A stretch of DNA of 63,504 nucleotides, the filler included, from Craspedostauros australis (lineage: Eukaryota): assembly GCA_030167865.1 (NCBI GenBank). It is 15 parts of 15 records of this genome, joined end to end, with 100 filler letters (N's around TTAATTAATTAA, not from the genome) between each part and the next. Parts side by side here need not be neighbours in the genome. Positions count along the whole stretch, not along the records: positions 1 to 27,637 come from JALAGF010003200.1; 14 more parts are not named here. One strand, 5' to 3'. Below, in pieces: positions 1 to 11,826 of this stretch (position 1 is the first letter of the stretch; each line of letters opens with the position of its first letter). The notes below the pieces were generated by a model. The model did no database searches. It had not been told where the DNA came from and saw nothing but the letters and a program-made list of their open reading frames with translations. Position numbers and translations under genes: made by a program.

Positions 1-545
1 ACATGTAGGGATGGCACCACCAATGCTTTGCTGCTTGACACAAAACCGGCAGGAGGAAACACCCAAAGGAGCCAAATCACCAACGTGAGCAACCGACATG
101 GCACTGGACCTGTCACAACATCACCATCCACACCAATGAATACAGTTACGGTCTGTCATCAACCGTCAATGACGTCATGACTGTTGTCCGCGTTGAGGAC
201 ACGCCAGCCAGTATTTGTGTCGTAGACGCTAGCTAAATATGTCTAACCCTAGTTGACAACACGGTACATCGTTTGCCAAGAAAGTAGTGTTGTCCGATTC
301 GCTATATTCAGGAAAACATGACGGTGCCCAGCATGGGGCTTACAGAAAACACGATGGTACCCAGCATGGGGCTTACAAGAACCACTGAATTGGCAGCAGG
401 AGAATTGTTCTTGCTCACTACGACCACCTTCCGTTTGTGAAACAGTCGTCTGGCTCATGCAACCACGAGTTTTGCGCCCAGCGGTTGGTTGTGGCGAGTT
501 GACGCCAGGAGGATCCATTCACGAATTGTGGACAGCAAAACCGAT

Positions 546-742
546 GAAGTGCATTTAATGCACTTCAAGTGCATTTTTTGCACTCCAAATGCATTTTTTG
601 CACTCCAAATGCATTTAATGCAGTCCAATTGCATTTAATGCACTCCAAATGCATTTAATGCACTCCATTTGCATTTAATGCACTTCAAATGCATTTTTTG
701 AACCCCAAATGCATTAAATGCACTCCAAATGCATTAAATGCA
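546..742. repeat. Tandem array of about 10 x 20-bp units (consensus TGCATTTAATGCACTCCAAA)
   Basis: Exact 20-bp period visible from 551 to 742; each unit holds the near-palindrome TGCATT(T/A)AATGCA. Confidence 0.95.
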
Positions 743-1373
743 AAAGGAAGCAGGTTCGACGGGACTCGATGACACTTCAACCAAACGGAAGCAATGACTA
801 TATTTGTCCGAGTAACACCGATTGATAAAGTAGTAATATCAATGCATCAAACGAAGACGTCGCTGCGACATTTGCTTTGTCAACATGTCACAAACAACGA
901 AGAAACACAACAAATGACAAAAAGCACTTTGGGGTCGTACTAGTCGTAATCTGCAGTATTTGATGCACTTGCCGGGTGTCCCTGATTCGCATCTTCGTTC
1001 TTGCTCGTCTTTTCGTTTTCATTCCCGCAGATCCTTTTGCGGGATTGAAACGTGATTCGTAAACGATCTTCATTTTCCTTCTCAACCTCTTTTCAGGCAC
1101 TTATCTGACAAACACAATAACATCAGACCTACCCCTATGTCCACGATCTGGACCACACAAAAAGAAGCCAAACCCGTCTCCACGAAAACAATCCACCACC
1201 CAAACACAGACCATCATCGTTGGCCCAAGACCTTATTGCGATCTTTGCCATCGTCACTCTCTCGCGATCTCGGTCACCATCAACGCCAACGCCTACACCG
1301 ACGCCGACGCCAACGGCAAATCCAGGGTCATAACCATCGGTGCATGATACAAGAAGCGTGAAGACTCGAAACG

Positions 1374-2570
1374 ATGCCGTTCTCTCTTGCGCGAGTGTCC
1401 GGGCTGGCATCCGTGAGCAACCGTCTCATCACAACGAGTGCTCGTAGTGCGCGTGCTTCGCATCCCGCAGCACTGCCAGTGAGGCGGTGCTACCATCATC
1501 AGCCTCGCCCACAGCAACAGCATGGGCAGCTTCTGATCCATCAACAACGGCCGAATAGCGGCTCTATCAGGAATTCTGCCGTCTCAACACGGGAAGCAGT
1601 GACCAACACTCGTGCGCAGCGCAAGACGTTCGCCACCAAGCCACCATCGTCTTCTGAAGTCGCATCCAAAAAGAGCAGCAAGAGTAGCAGCAAAAGCGAA
1701 GAACTGCCGCCGCTGCCTGTCTCGCCTTTGAAAGCGAAGCAACGGTACCTGGAGAGCAAGAAGAACCTGGATTCTGCCAAGAGCGATCTGTCTGACGTCA
1801 ATGCGCGCATCCTTCAGCTCAACAAGGAGCTCGATGGCGTGCGCGAACGCAACGCCAAGCTGCTCGACAAGGAGCTCAACAAGCCGGCCTGGAGGAAGCT
1901 CGTTGATCCCTTGAAGCGGTACAGGCATTCCCTCTACAACGTTCTCGCCATCTCCTTGGCCTACGTGCTGGCGCACAAGCTGTTCATGGCGCGCAAGGAA
2001 GAAAAGCAGGCCAGCGCATCGCTGGCGGAGGCCGTGGAAGAACAGACCAAGCTCAAGCATCTCCTATCCTCGCTGATGGATGACGACTCCGTGTCGAAGA
2101 TTGCGTCGGAGTGTTTGGAGGCCATCGGATCAGACGGGGGTGATGGCCAGAGCGCCGCAGTTGTTGGCAGCAACAAATCGGGTGGGTGGTTCTTTGGGTC
2201 CAAGCCAAGTCACGGAGGTCTTCAAACTGGCAACGGATACCTCGCTGATCTAGAACGGCAGGAGGTGCTGCAGCAGAAGCTCATCCCAATCATCCGACAG
2301 GAATTGCAAGACATGATCGGCGATGCGGCACTGTCGGAGAACGAGCTGAAGGAAAAGATGATGCAGGAAGTCATCGAAGAAGGCAAGGCACAGGTGGAGG
2401 AGCTGTCCGACAATCCTGAAAAGTTGCTGCGAGAAGTCCTGGCCGGTGGTGATGCTGGTGTCGAAGGTGTCGCTGATGGCGCAAACCCATCGTCAAGCCT
2501 CAACGTCGTTTCCAGCGAAACAGATGCACAGGGCAACAAGGTGGTGAAGAAGCGTGTGTTCAGCATGTAG
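1374..2570 (+). CDS. Hypothetical coiled-coil protein with one TM helix, probably mitochondrial
   Basis: 398-aa ORF; R/S/A-rich N-terminus, heptad region (LDSAKSDLSDVNARILQLNKEL), hydrophobic segment LYNVLAISLAYVLA. Confidence 0.8.
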   Translation: MPFSLARVSGLASVSNRLITTSARSARASHPAALPVRRCYHHQPRPQQQHGQLLIHQQRPNSGSIRNSAVSTREAVTNTRAQRKTFATKPPSSSEVASKKSSKSSSKSEELPPLPVSPLKAKQRYLESKKNLDSAKSDLSDVNARILQLNKELDGVRERNAKLLDKELNKPAWRKLVDPLKRYRHSLYNVLAISLAYVLAHKLFMARKEEKQASASLAEAVEEQTKLKHLLSSLMDDDSVSKIASECLEAIGSDGGDGQSAAVVGSNKSGGWFFGSKPSHGGLQTGNGYLADLERQEVLQQKLIPIIRQELQDMIGDAALSENELKEKMMQEVIEEGKAQVEELSDNPEKLLREVLAGGDAGVEGVADGANPSSSLNVVSSETDAQGNKVVKKRVFSM

Positions 2571-2900
2571 GAGCAAAATCCTCGAGGACGAGTATGGCAA
2601 CACGCTCAGATTGAGCCTGAGCAAGTGCTTCGGGCCCTCCACATTTCCTCTCTCATTCTCTCTCGCTCCTCATACTCAAAGAAAGGCACGATGAACATAA
2701 GTACTTAGCGAAGTGAATTGGTTGATCTTTACATTGAGAAAGTGGTTGCCGCCGTCCTTTGGAAGTCTTCAGCTTCGAGGATCCTTATTTGCTACTGACG
2801 ATTCGACAGTGTTGTGCTAGTTCTCAACTCGATGCGGCTGTACAAGTAGAGACACCAGATGAGCGTTGTACCAGGTAGAAAGTGCGTCCCACCTTCCATC

Positions 2901-3908
2901 TCAGCACGGCAAGAAGCTCGTGTTTTGGAAGTCGCTTCCGACGATCATGTTCTCTGCCGTCGATTCCAATAGGACGGGCTTGATCGACCGATCCACAAGC
3001 TTCACCTCAAAGATCTGCGTCGATCGGTCCCCAAATTCCTGACAGCATTCTGGGACGACCCCATCCTTCAGAAACTCGATCGGTTCGATCTTTCGCGTCG
3101 CAAATCCCAACTCCTTTGCCATCGTGAAGAACATGTCAAAGACTGTCGTGGCGCGGTTGACGATTCCCAAGATCATGGCCGGCTGCTTCGCGGTGGACGA
3201 CGACCACAACAACCGCTTTACGGTATGCAGCAGAGGCTCCACGACGGCAGGCCATTGCACGACATCGGCGGCCAAAATGACGTCCACCGTACCGATGCGT
3301 CGCAGGAGCTCTTCCATCTGAGCCGTGTCGCCCCAGCAGAATTGCTGCGACCAGGCTTCGCAGTGGCGTGATGCGGCATCGATGTTGCGTTGCAAGAGAT
3401 CCGTCACGATACCGTTGCCATCTGTGAGAACCATCATCTTGGCGAAGTGGGATGCTACCAAGCCCGGCAGGCCACAGCCGGCACCCAATTCGACAACGTT
3501 TCTGTTGCGCAGAAGGTGCTGCCCCATTTTGGATGCCACGAAATATGCCAAAAGATTGGAAACAGGCCAGAGGATTTGACCCGTGAGGTCGAAATCGGTG
3601 GATGCGGATTGGCTCACAGCGAGGTTGACCGTGAGCATGTGTGGCTGTGAAGGTTCGGTCGGCTCCGTGTCGGACTGTGAAGGTTTGGGTATATCTGATG
3701 CAGCTGTGGCTTGCAATGGCAACGATGAGGCTGGCGATACTATCGCATTTGCCGCAGATCCTTCACCATTGTTTGGATCATCCGCTGTGTCATTCTCATC
3801 GGTGGCATCTCTGGCATCCACATTGCAGTCTCCGATCTCCAAATGGCATGGCAACGTGACCTGGATCGTCTTGTAGTCTGTGTTTGTGAACAGCGTGTCA
3901 AGATCCAT
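2901..3908 (-). CDS. SAM-dependent lysine methyltransferase, family 16 (METTL21-like)
   Basis: Motifs DLTGQILWP, VVELGAGCGLPGL, LTDG, F(C)WG and DVILAADV. Confidence 0.9.
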   Translation of the reverse strand: MDLDTLFTNTDYKTIQVTLPCHLEIGDCNVDARDATDENDTADDPNNGEGSAANAIVSPASSLPLQATAASDIPKPSQSDTEPTEPSQPHMLTVNLAVSQSASTDFDLTGQILWPVSNLLAYFVASKMGQHLLRNRNVVELGAGCGLPGLVASHFAKMMVLTDGNGIVTDLLQRNIDAASRHCEAWSQQFCWGDTAQMEELLRRIGTVDVILAADVVQWPAVVEPLLHTVKRLLWSSSTAKQPAMILGIVNRATTVFDMFFTMAKELGFATRKIEPIEFLKDGVVPECCQEFGDRSTQIFEVKLVDRSIKPVLLESTAENMIVGSDFQNTSFLPC

Positions 3909-4470
3909 CGTTGCCCTTACGAAGTCAATTCCTGTTGGCGCTTTGATGCAAATGAGCAGGAGAGGGCTACTCTCTCGATCTCTCTCTCCCTCCTCTCAGT
4001 GGATTGCGGGAAGGGTGCTGCCCTTCTTGCATGTTTTCGTGCGCCATGATGTTTGTCCCACGTTGCTGAGAGGAGTGATGCGTTTTCTTTCACAGAGTCT
4101 CGTCATTTGTTGCGCGGAAGATTTTTGGATGGATGTGGTGTTGGTCGAAGGAGTCAAATGGATACCATCGACATCCACGTTCGTGTCCACTTTCATTCTT
4201 GTGATGCAAGTACGTGGTCATTCGCTGTGTGTTCGGGTATCGATGCATCACTCGCCTCCCTTTTCTTCTCCCCTCTCTCCAACAACGCACATGGCGTCAA
4301 CCAACTCCCACCACATCACCCAACACAAAGGAAGAGGCCATCGATCGTTGGCGCATTGGAGCAATTCCACTGGCAAATGCAATTGCAATTGGCAACTCAC
4401 AATTCCACAAGGTGTCACTCAACGAGTGTACCAGCACATACATCTGCATCCCGACAAGAAGACATCCACC

Positions 4471-6270
4471 ATGCCGAAGCCAGCCTTCAAGTGAGTGCCT
4501 CCACCTATCGACGCCCATGCCGACAGGACCGCACTACGATGTGCTCCATACGCGTGGTGTAATTGACCAGAACGAGACAGAATCCGTTTACTCGTCTGGA
4601 ACACACTCAGAATCCAAGACAGTGCGACAGAGGGATGTCCATCGTATGACCTTGCCCACTTTGCCAATGCATCAGGAAAGCAATGTGCACGGGAGTCATC
4701 AATCTGAGCGTGCGAGGGAGGGAGGGTGATCCAGCAAGCAGAACGCATTCAATATCTCACAGCAGATTCTCCTTCGTTCCACTCTATCTCTGCCGCGTTT
4801 CATTTCTCCACACGCGCCAATGGAACCGTATCCGCGACCAAACCAAACGACGCCGCCATCATCGTCGTCATCTGATTACCACCACGACTACATCCAACGC
4901 TGCGCAGCCCCGTCCGTGATCTCATCAGCGGCGTCATCATGGCGGCGACGTCGGTACCGCAATTGATTGCGTACGCAGAAACAGTCGGATATGCTGGATA
5001 CCGTGGACTCGCCACGGCTGGGCCACCTCTGTTCGCTTGGGGCCTCGCAACAGGAAGTCCATACATGAATTCTGGCGTCACTTCCATGACAGCGCTGATG
5101 GCCAAGTCGGATTTGGATGGCGAAGCCTATGTGCAGGAACACGGCGAAGAGGCATACGTGCGATTGGTGGCAGCGTATTCTCTCTACGTCGGGATTGCAT
5201 CCATCGTGCTGGCGGTTGTTGGATTTGGCAAGCTGGCGCAGGCTGTTCCGACGCCCGTCAAGAAGGGCTTCAAGTGGGGATGCTCCTTCGGTGTGCTCGT
5301 TTCGGCTTTGCCCAATGGAATCTTCGCGGGTGGATCCAAGCAATTGAAAAGCCTCGTGGCGGACTCCAATGAGTTCCGCCAGTTTGTCACCAGGCTCAAG
5401 CAGGACGCACCGGCCGCCAAGAGCGCCGTCAATGTCACCAACTTCTTCTTTGCCGTTTCGCATCCGTGGATGTGGTCCCTGATACCGGCCGCCATGTTCC
5501 TCGCCGGGACTTGGTTCGTCATGGAAGGCAAGAAAGCGCTTCCCAAGTTCCTGCCGCCGGGTACGGAGGTGATTCTGGTCACCGGAATCGCAACATGGTA
5601 CAGCATGAACTATGAGTACGAAGGGGGCATCGTTGGTGAGATCCCCACGCTGGATGCGGACTCTGGTATTCAGGTGATGGGATTCAGCCTCCCAATCGAA
5701 TTGCTGGACGTGCAGAGCATCCTGGATGCGCCGTTGGCAGAGCAGTTCGGAGGGTACCCGGTCATGCTGATTTCTGCCACCCTCTTCGCAGCGGTCAACT
5801 TCCTCAGCATCATGGGCATCGCCTCCGGATTCGAGGCCGAGGACGGCATCACGTGGAGCGCACCACGCGAACTGATCTCGCAGGGTGTTTCGTGCGGCGT
5901 TGCCGCCTTGGTGGGATCCGCGCCAGTGTCCGGCAGCATGAGCCGTTCCTTGGTTTCCAGGATGACAGGCACCACGTCCCAACTCGCCTGCATGCTGACG
6001 GCGATGCTATGGATCCTCGCGCTTCCATACATGTCCATCATGACGCCGACGCCCAAGGCTGCGCTTTCCGCCATCATCGTGAGCGCCGTCATCAAGAGCA
6101 TCATGATCCCCAAGGACCTCATGAAGCTCACAGGCATTGATTTCGTTGTTGGCTGGGGATCCGCAATCATCACAGCGGTGACTAGCCCGACCATTGGGTT
6201 CGGAGTTGGTCTGCTCCTCTACATCGTCACGTATCCAGCTCAACCGCCCAAGAAGGCGAAGGTTGCCTAG
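4471..6270 (+). CDS. SulP/SLC26-family anion (sulfate/bicarbonate) transporter, no STAS domain; 2 exons
   Basis: Exons 4471-4490 and 4908-6270, intron GTGAGT...GCGCAG; spliced N-terminus MPKPAFNPVRDLISGVIMAATSVPQLIAYA; motifs ELISQG and SGSMSRS; many TM helices. Confidence 0.85.
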
Positions 6271-7015
6271 AGAGAGAGAGTACAAACATATAATATAATA
6301 AATACCAATAAGACCCCGCAGAAGCAATCACGCTTTTTCTTGGTTGCGTACGAGCTGCCAGCAGCGTCAATGACAGTTGGCAGCGCCCACCTCGTTGTCA
6401 TGGATCCTTACCCATCAAAAACTGTCACGAGGATAGGTGCTCTACTCAATCGCGACTGGTTCATCCATCTTCGTTCGCTCTCTTGACCTCCAATGTAGCT
6501 GTGGCTTGGATGATCCAACGTGATCATGGTCAGCATCGTGGCTGCAGGAAACAAGACGAACCGTGTGACAAAAATGAACCAGTCGTGACAACGAGGCTTG
6601 TGCCGTGGTGCCACACGTGGATAGATCACAATCGACAGTTTTCGTGGCCAAAACCAATCAACCAACGTCTGCGCCTTCCTGCGAGAACAGGGGAAGGCGA
6701 AGATCTCAGGCGGAATTGTCCATTCTCCAGTCACAAATCATCACCATTTCGCATCGTGGATACGTATGGCAACACACTCTAATCATACTCATGCTGCTCT
6801 GAGACACAACCAAATGCACGGCATGACGGAACAACCAACACAGTTCATCGATCGATGGGTACACTTGCTCATAAACTCAATCGATTGACCAGATAACCAA
6901 CCAATCAGTCAGGCTCATACATTGATTTCAGACGCGAAACACACCAACACAACCGCCCAGCAGCCAACCGCCGACTGTCAAGCCAACACGCACATTTGTA
7001 ACGACAACATCAACG

Positions 7016-8002
7016 ATGGTGGCCCATCTCTTCATGAACTCATCTGCAGCACAAGATCTAGATCGTACCATCATGCCCAGGATGGATCCTTCACCGCTCA
7101 GCAAGGCAGCGAGCAAAGCGTCCGGCAACACCGTCGCGTCTCGTTTCATCGGACGCCCGCGCCCAAAATCCGACTCCTTGGCCGACAAATCATCCACCCG
7201 ATTGCCACCCCATCAAACACATTCACAGCCGCTTGGCATCCTCCCACCATCGTTCATGACCGGGCGATTGATGTTCGAGGATGGATCCGTCAACAACGAT
7301 AACCGTGACGACAATGATGGCTGTGATGACTGTGGTTGCCGCGATGGCCTTGATGACGCGGAAGAGTACGACAACGATGACATGATTTCGGTCACATCGA
7401 CCCAGACCAGCGCATCCGACGCCACCGTGACCATCGCCAATATCAGCAACCGCGGCAGACGCAGCGTCTCGGTGGACTTCGATGTTTCTATGTCCACCCT
7501 CAAGGGGCCATCGACGCCGACGTCAGCAGTGACATCCGTCAGCAAATCGGTCTCGTTCTCCACAGTGTCGGTCCGCACCCATGAAGTCGTGCATGGCGAG
7601 CACCTCAAGCCAGAGTACCCCGTTGTGCTTGGGCGAGGCGTCGTTGGCGACGATTCCACCTATGCTAGCATCGAACACTATGAGCTTCGCTGCCGCAAGC
7701 AGGCCACGGAGCAGCGCAGATCCCAAAAGATGTCGCCCGCATCCGTAGAGGAACGCAGACAGCGGCTGCTTGCAGTGGGGTACTCGGACCTGGAGCTCTT
7801 TTTGTTGGAGGGACGGCGTCAAGAATTGAGAAAGAAGCAAGGGGCAGTGCAGGAGGTCACCTGGCCCGGCGTCTCTCCGACGATCCCGCAAGATGCCGAA
7901 GTACCAATACTCGTATCGAGTGCGACATTCGCAAGCCAGGAGAAGGAGAAGCGACGATCGGTGCGTGCATTCTTCCGTCCACTCAGAAAGATGCTGCAGT
8001 AA
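7016..8002 (+). CDS. Hypothetical protein of a common diatom family
   Basis: 328-aa ORF with KSVSFSTVSVRTHEVVHGEH...PVVLG...SIEHYE...EERRQRLLAVGYS, a motif pattern I recognise from diatom hypotheticals. Confidence 0.7.
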   Translation: MVAHLFMNSSAAQDLDRTIMPRMDPSPLSKAASKASGNTVASRFIGRPRPKSDSLADKSSTRLPPHQTHSQPLGILPPSFMTGRLMFEDGSVNNDNRDDNDGCDDCGCRDGLDDAEEYDNDDMISVTSTQTSASDATVTIANISNRGRRSVSVDFDVSMSTLKGPSTPTSAVTSVSKSVSFSTVSVRTHEVVHGEHLKPEYPVVLGRGVVGDDSTYASIEHYELRCRKQATEQRRSQKMSPASVEERRQRLLAVGYSDLELFLLEGRRQELRKKQGAVQEVTWPGVSPTIPQDAEVPILVSSATFASQEKEKRRSVRAFFRPLRKMLQ

Positions 8003-8729
8003 GCTGTGCGACATTCGCAAACCAAGGAGGAAGGAGAGGGGAAGCAACAATCGGTCTTTGTGTGTGTATACCATCAACCAAGAAGTGATCGTGTGACATA
8101 TGACATGCCTATCATTCAAGGAATGATGCAGGGATTGGCTCCTGCAAGTATTACAGGCAGCAGTAGCAACAATACCAACAATCGCAAGAAATAAAAATAA
8201 TCTGCATTTTATAATCATAGCCCACCTTCGGTGCTTATGTCATGAATGCTGCCTGACTCCGGGGTGTCAACATTGGATTGATGTTGGTACTCTCCGCTGC
8301 TCTACACTCATGTCTATGTCCATGAACCTCGTGTGTTGCCCCTATCGTAGAACTAGCGTGCAAATGAAGGCTATCCAACACGAGTCCTGTGTGGAGGATA
8401 CGAATCACGAAATGGTTGAAACTGGAAGATACTCGTGAGGACTTTTTTGGCGCGTTGCTTGTTGATGTCACTTTCGTTGGCACCGGCAAGAGGTCGCTGA
8501 TGGCAGTGATTGGCAAGTGTTCCCATCGGAACAGTCGATCCGCTGCTGCCTCTGCGTGTGGATCTTCGACTCTTCCGCTCGATGTGTCCCGAAGCCGCCA
8601 TTGCGAAACATCTGTCGACACAATTCACGACACATCACAAGACCACAGGAGCAGGAGACCAAAGATCCTATCGTTGTGAACGCCCGAAGTTTGCCGCATC
8701 TACGCACTCCACCATCAGCTGATCGCATC

Positions 8730-9635
8730 ATGAAATCCCTTCCCGCCATCTCCAGTGCCACCGTCGGTTTACTGGCTGCGGTGTTGCTGAACACCGATCA
8801 GGTCGCGGCAGTCCCAACTCCTTCCTCCAACATCCCCTCCGTTGGAGCGTATCAGCACCAGCACCATGCCAAGTCGTTGGCTGGCAGTCTTCGCACGGAC
8901 GCCAACGGCAGCGCTGGCTTGGATTCGGTGCTTGCGCTGCGCGGAGGTAGCACAGGCGATGAATTCGTCGGAGCTGCCTACGACTGGTGCATCAACTTGG
9001 GTGCGCCGGCAGCTCTCGTGGCAGGAGCCGTCGTTGCGACTCTGTACGAAAATGTCCGCGGTGGAGAACTGGAGGTGAAGAAGTCAGATTCGAACTACGT
9101 GAGATTTGCCAAGAAGATGACGACCATCTTACTGGTGACGGCGTTTGGAATGCAGATCGTTTCCATCTTTGTGACCACCGTCACTGGAACTATGCTGCTG
9201 AGCAGAGGACCGCTTGAGACCAAGGCCAACTCTCCGTTGGAGTACCTCCGTGAGCACTTCGAGTTTGAGTACCTCACCTCCCGCCTCAGCTTCTTGCAGG
9301 GATTGCTCAATTGGCTTGCCGCTGTCGCTGTGGAGCACACGATCCCGAGAAAGGGCGAAGGTAAGGCCGCTGTCAAGATGAACCAGTTCCTGGCAAGTTC
9401 GTTGACCACCCTCATCGTCGTGCTGGTGTCATTCTACAACGCCCACATGACCTTCTACGACAACTACTTCGAGATGGTCACGCGTTGGTTCCAGGTGACG
9501 TCGAAGCGCTTCCTCCTTCAGTGGCCACCACGCCCGTTGGCCTTGATCTTCGCCCCCTCCATTGTGTTCTCTGCGTTTCTGTTCGTCCAGGCGCTCAGAA
9601 ACGAGGAGAGGGATGAGGACTACACCGAGAGCTGA
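8730..9635 (+). CDS. Hypothetical membrane protein with signal peptide and LRGG motif
   Basis: In-frame ATG at 8730 (MKSLPAISSATVGLLAAVLL); LALRGG motif; about 5 hydrophobic helices. Confidence 0.8.
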   Translation: MKSLPAISSATVGLLAAVLLNTDQVAAVPTPSSNIPSVGAYQHQHHAKSLAGSLRTDANGSAGLDSVLALRGGSTGDEFVGAAYDWCINLGAPAALVAGAVVATLYENVRGGELEVKKSDSNYVRFAKKMTTILLVTAFGMQIVSIFVTTVTGTMLLSRGPLETKANSPLEYLREHFEFEYLTSRLSFLQGLLNWLAAVAVEHTIPRKGEGKAAVKMNQFLASSLTTLIVVLVSFYNAHMTFYDNYFEMVTRWFQVTSKRFLLQWPPRPLALIFAPSIVFSAFLFVQALRNEERDEDYTES

Positions 9636-10305
9636 ACGCGACAACCATGCCGTCGCGATCACCGCATGGTCGAAAAGGGAAGATGACTACGAGACGATAC
9701 GGTGCGAGACCATACGGTGTGACCTGACACGACACGGCATGAGACGAGCGAAGATGATCCAGCCGCACGGCAAGATCAATTTGATCATCGTGAGGAGCGG
9801 CAATGGTCCAGCGAAAACAATGTGTCAGCAGATCATAGGAGCACTGATTTCCATATGGCGCAAAGGTACGAGTAGCGTACGAGAATAACATACGTGTAAC
9901 GCGGCAGTACTCTAGAATAGTAGTAATACGTTTCAACATCTTCGGCCTCATGTTCTGTCACAAGCTGCTGTTTGCCTCCGGTTGTGCCATTGTTGATTTC
10001 GTGGATAATCTGCACTTCCATACCCCACCCCACCCTCCGTCGTCTTGCCTTGTCTGTGGCCTGCTCTCTGGAGTGATGCAGTCGTCGCCCCTCGCAGGCA
10101 TCAATGAGCATGCTTCCATTGTAGACACTTTTCGTTCGCAGAACTTAGGGAGGCGATTGTGGGGCATCGCAGGAGCACTGGTACTTTATTCGGGCGGTCT
10201 TGGCTGTCTTCGATTCGTTCTGCACCAACGTGCAATGCTGGAGAGCACAAGGAGTGGAGTGGAGCAGAGTGCTTGCGGAGTAGCGTCAAGCCGACTGGCA
10301 TGTTC

Positions 10306-10806
10306 CTACAGAATCCTGGTGATCACCAGCCAAAGCATCGCGAGGAACAGGAAGGGCCCGAATTGAGACATGATCGCTCCCGTCGAAACGAATCGACCCT
10401 TGACGAAGACGAGGAAACAGAGCTTGACCATATCCCATTTGGTGATGCCGCTGACTTCCAACGGCATGCGGTTCAGCGCGTTGGCGACATGGGAATGGCA
10501 GTTGTCGCACAAGATGTTGTGAACGCGCTGTCCGTAAACCTGGTTGGCCTCGACGATGGCCTCATCCCACCGCTCCGCCCCGCCCGGCAAGTCGCTGATG
10601 TCTAGCTTGAGGTATCGCGTCACAGGACCGAACGCCATGCGGTTACGGCCTTGCGTTCCCACGTAGTAGCTTCCCTGAAAGTCGTTGGCCATGCCATGGG
10701 AATCGGCGATGCCCATGTGACCGATGATGGGGATGAACCACGTGATGATAGGCAGCGGGCTCCAAAGGATGGAGAAGGAGAGGTCGTTCACGTGACATTC
10801 GCCCAT
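10306..10806 (-). CDS. TMEM222: TMEM222 / RTE1-like membrane protein
   Basis: SILWSPLPIITWFIPIIGHMGI, DFQGSY, MAFGPVTRY, WDEAI, HNILCDNCHSHVANALN; start may instead be at 10929. Confidence 0.9.
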   Translation of the reverse strand: MGECHVNDLSFSILWSPLPIITWFIPIIGHMGIADSHGMANDFQGSYYVGTQGRNRMAFGPVTRYLKLDISDLPGGAERWDEAIVEANQVYGQRVHNILCDNCHSHVANALNRMPLEVSGITKWDMVKLCFLVFVKGRFVSTGAIMSQFGPFLFLAMLWLVITRIL

Positions 10807-11826
10807 CGTGTCTGTGTGGTTGCTCGTCAAAGATAAGGCGCTGCTACTGTCGCTGCTGCTGTCGCTACGATCGTTGTTGTTGTTGCTGTTGTTGTTGTGG
10901 GCTTTGTCGGTGAGCTGGATGATGTTCATATCCGATACGATGAGAGCATTCCATGAGTACGACTGTGTACTGGTACGAGCTATTACCACGCGGTGGTTGT
11001 TGATGGTCTGCGCGCAAACTGTTTCGATTTGTTCCCCCTTCGTTGTTGTTTTTGTTTTCGCCGAACTCTCAATTTCGCGCCTCGCTCGGTCGCAACACAA
11101 TTCTGGTTTTGGTCTCTTTTCGTGACACCGATCGTCAAATCCAACACAGGGAACAGCACTCGGCGCCATCACCAACATGGAACACACTCACGGGGGCAAC
11201 AGCAGTTGTGACAACATGACCAGCTATTCTTTGGCGAGGTTTGTTCTAGAGCCACTGTACTTGTTCAGTTGTGCTGAGCATCGGTTCGCCGCACCGAGCG
11301 AACGCGGATTATATAATGAGTACGAGTATGTGTATACTCTACTATAATAGTTTTGAAACGTAATCTGTTCGCCATTGTATGATTGTAGTAGCGTCTCATC
11401 TTGGGGATCTCCACCACATGGTGGAAGCTTATCATTGTCCTTCATGCTTCAATGATATCCGTTTGACATTGCTTTCATGGTCTCCTTCAGAATCGCACGG
11501 AAAGAATCGAGAGACGTGCGAGTATGGTGGGAATGGCTGGTGACAACGTCCATACTCGTGCAATGGACGAGGCTTGCACCTCCATGGTCTACATGCCCTT
11601 CTATTCCATCTGCAAGAGGAAGCCGTGCGATGCTCCCTTCACACCGTGTCACGTTGGGATGCACCTTCTCCGATTTGCTTTTATCTTCATCCATCCGATA
11701 CTCTGTGAAGTCACGCATGCGTGCATGCATGTAGAGCAAATGTGTCTATGATTCTGCGCCTCTTGTGAATAGCAAGTCTGCGAGGGTGACATCGAAAACA
11801 GTGCCGACCATGATGCGGATCGCAAA

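Noticed and set aside
546..742. CRISPR-like array
   Set aside because: Spacers are 7 bp and near-identical; eukaryotic context and no cas genes
6..1137. hAT-like TAGGG...CCCTA termini or a Helitron CTAG end around the array
   Set aside because: Inverted match does not extend beyond 5 bp and no TSD is visible
4888..5982. Long antisense ORFs over real genes
   Set aside because: Shadow frames caused by GC-rich codon usage
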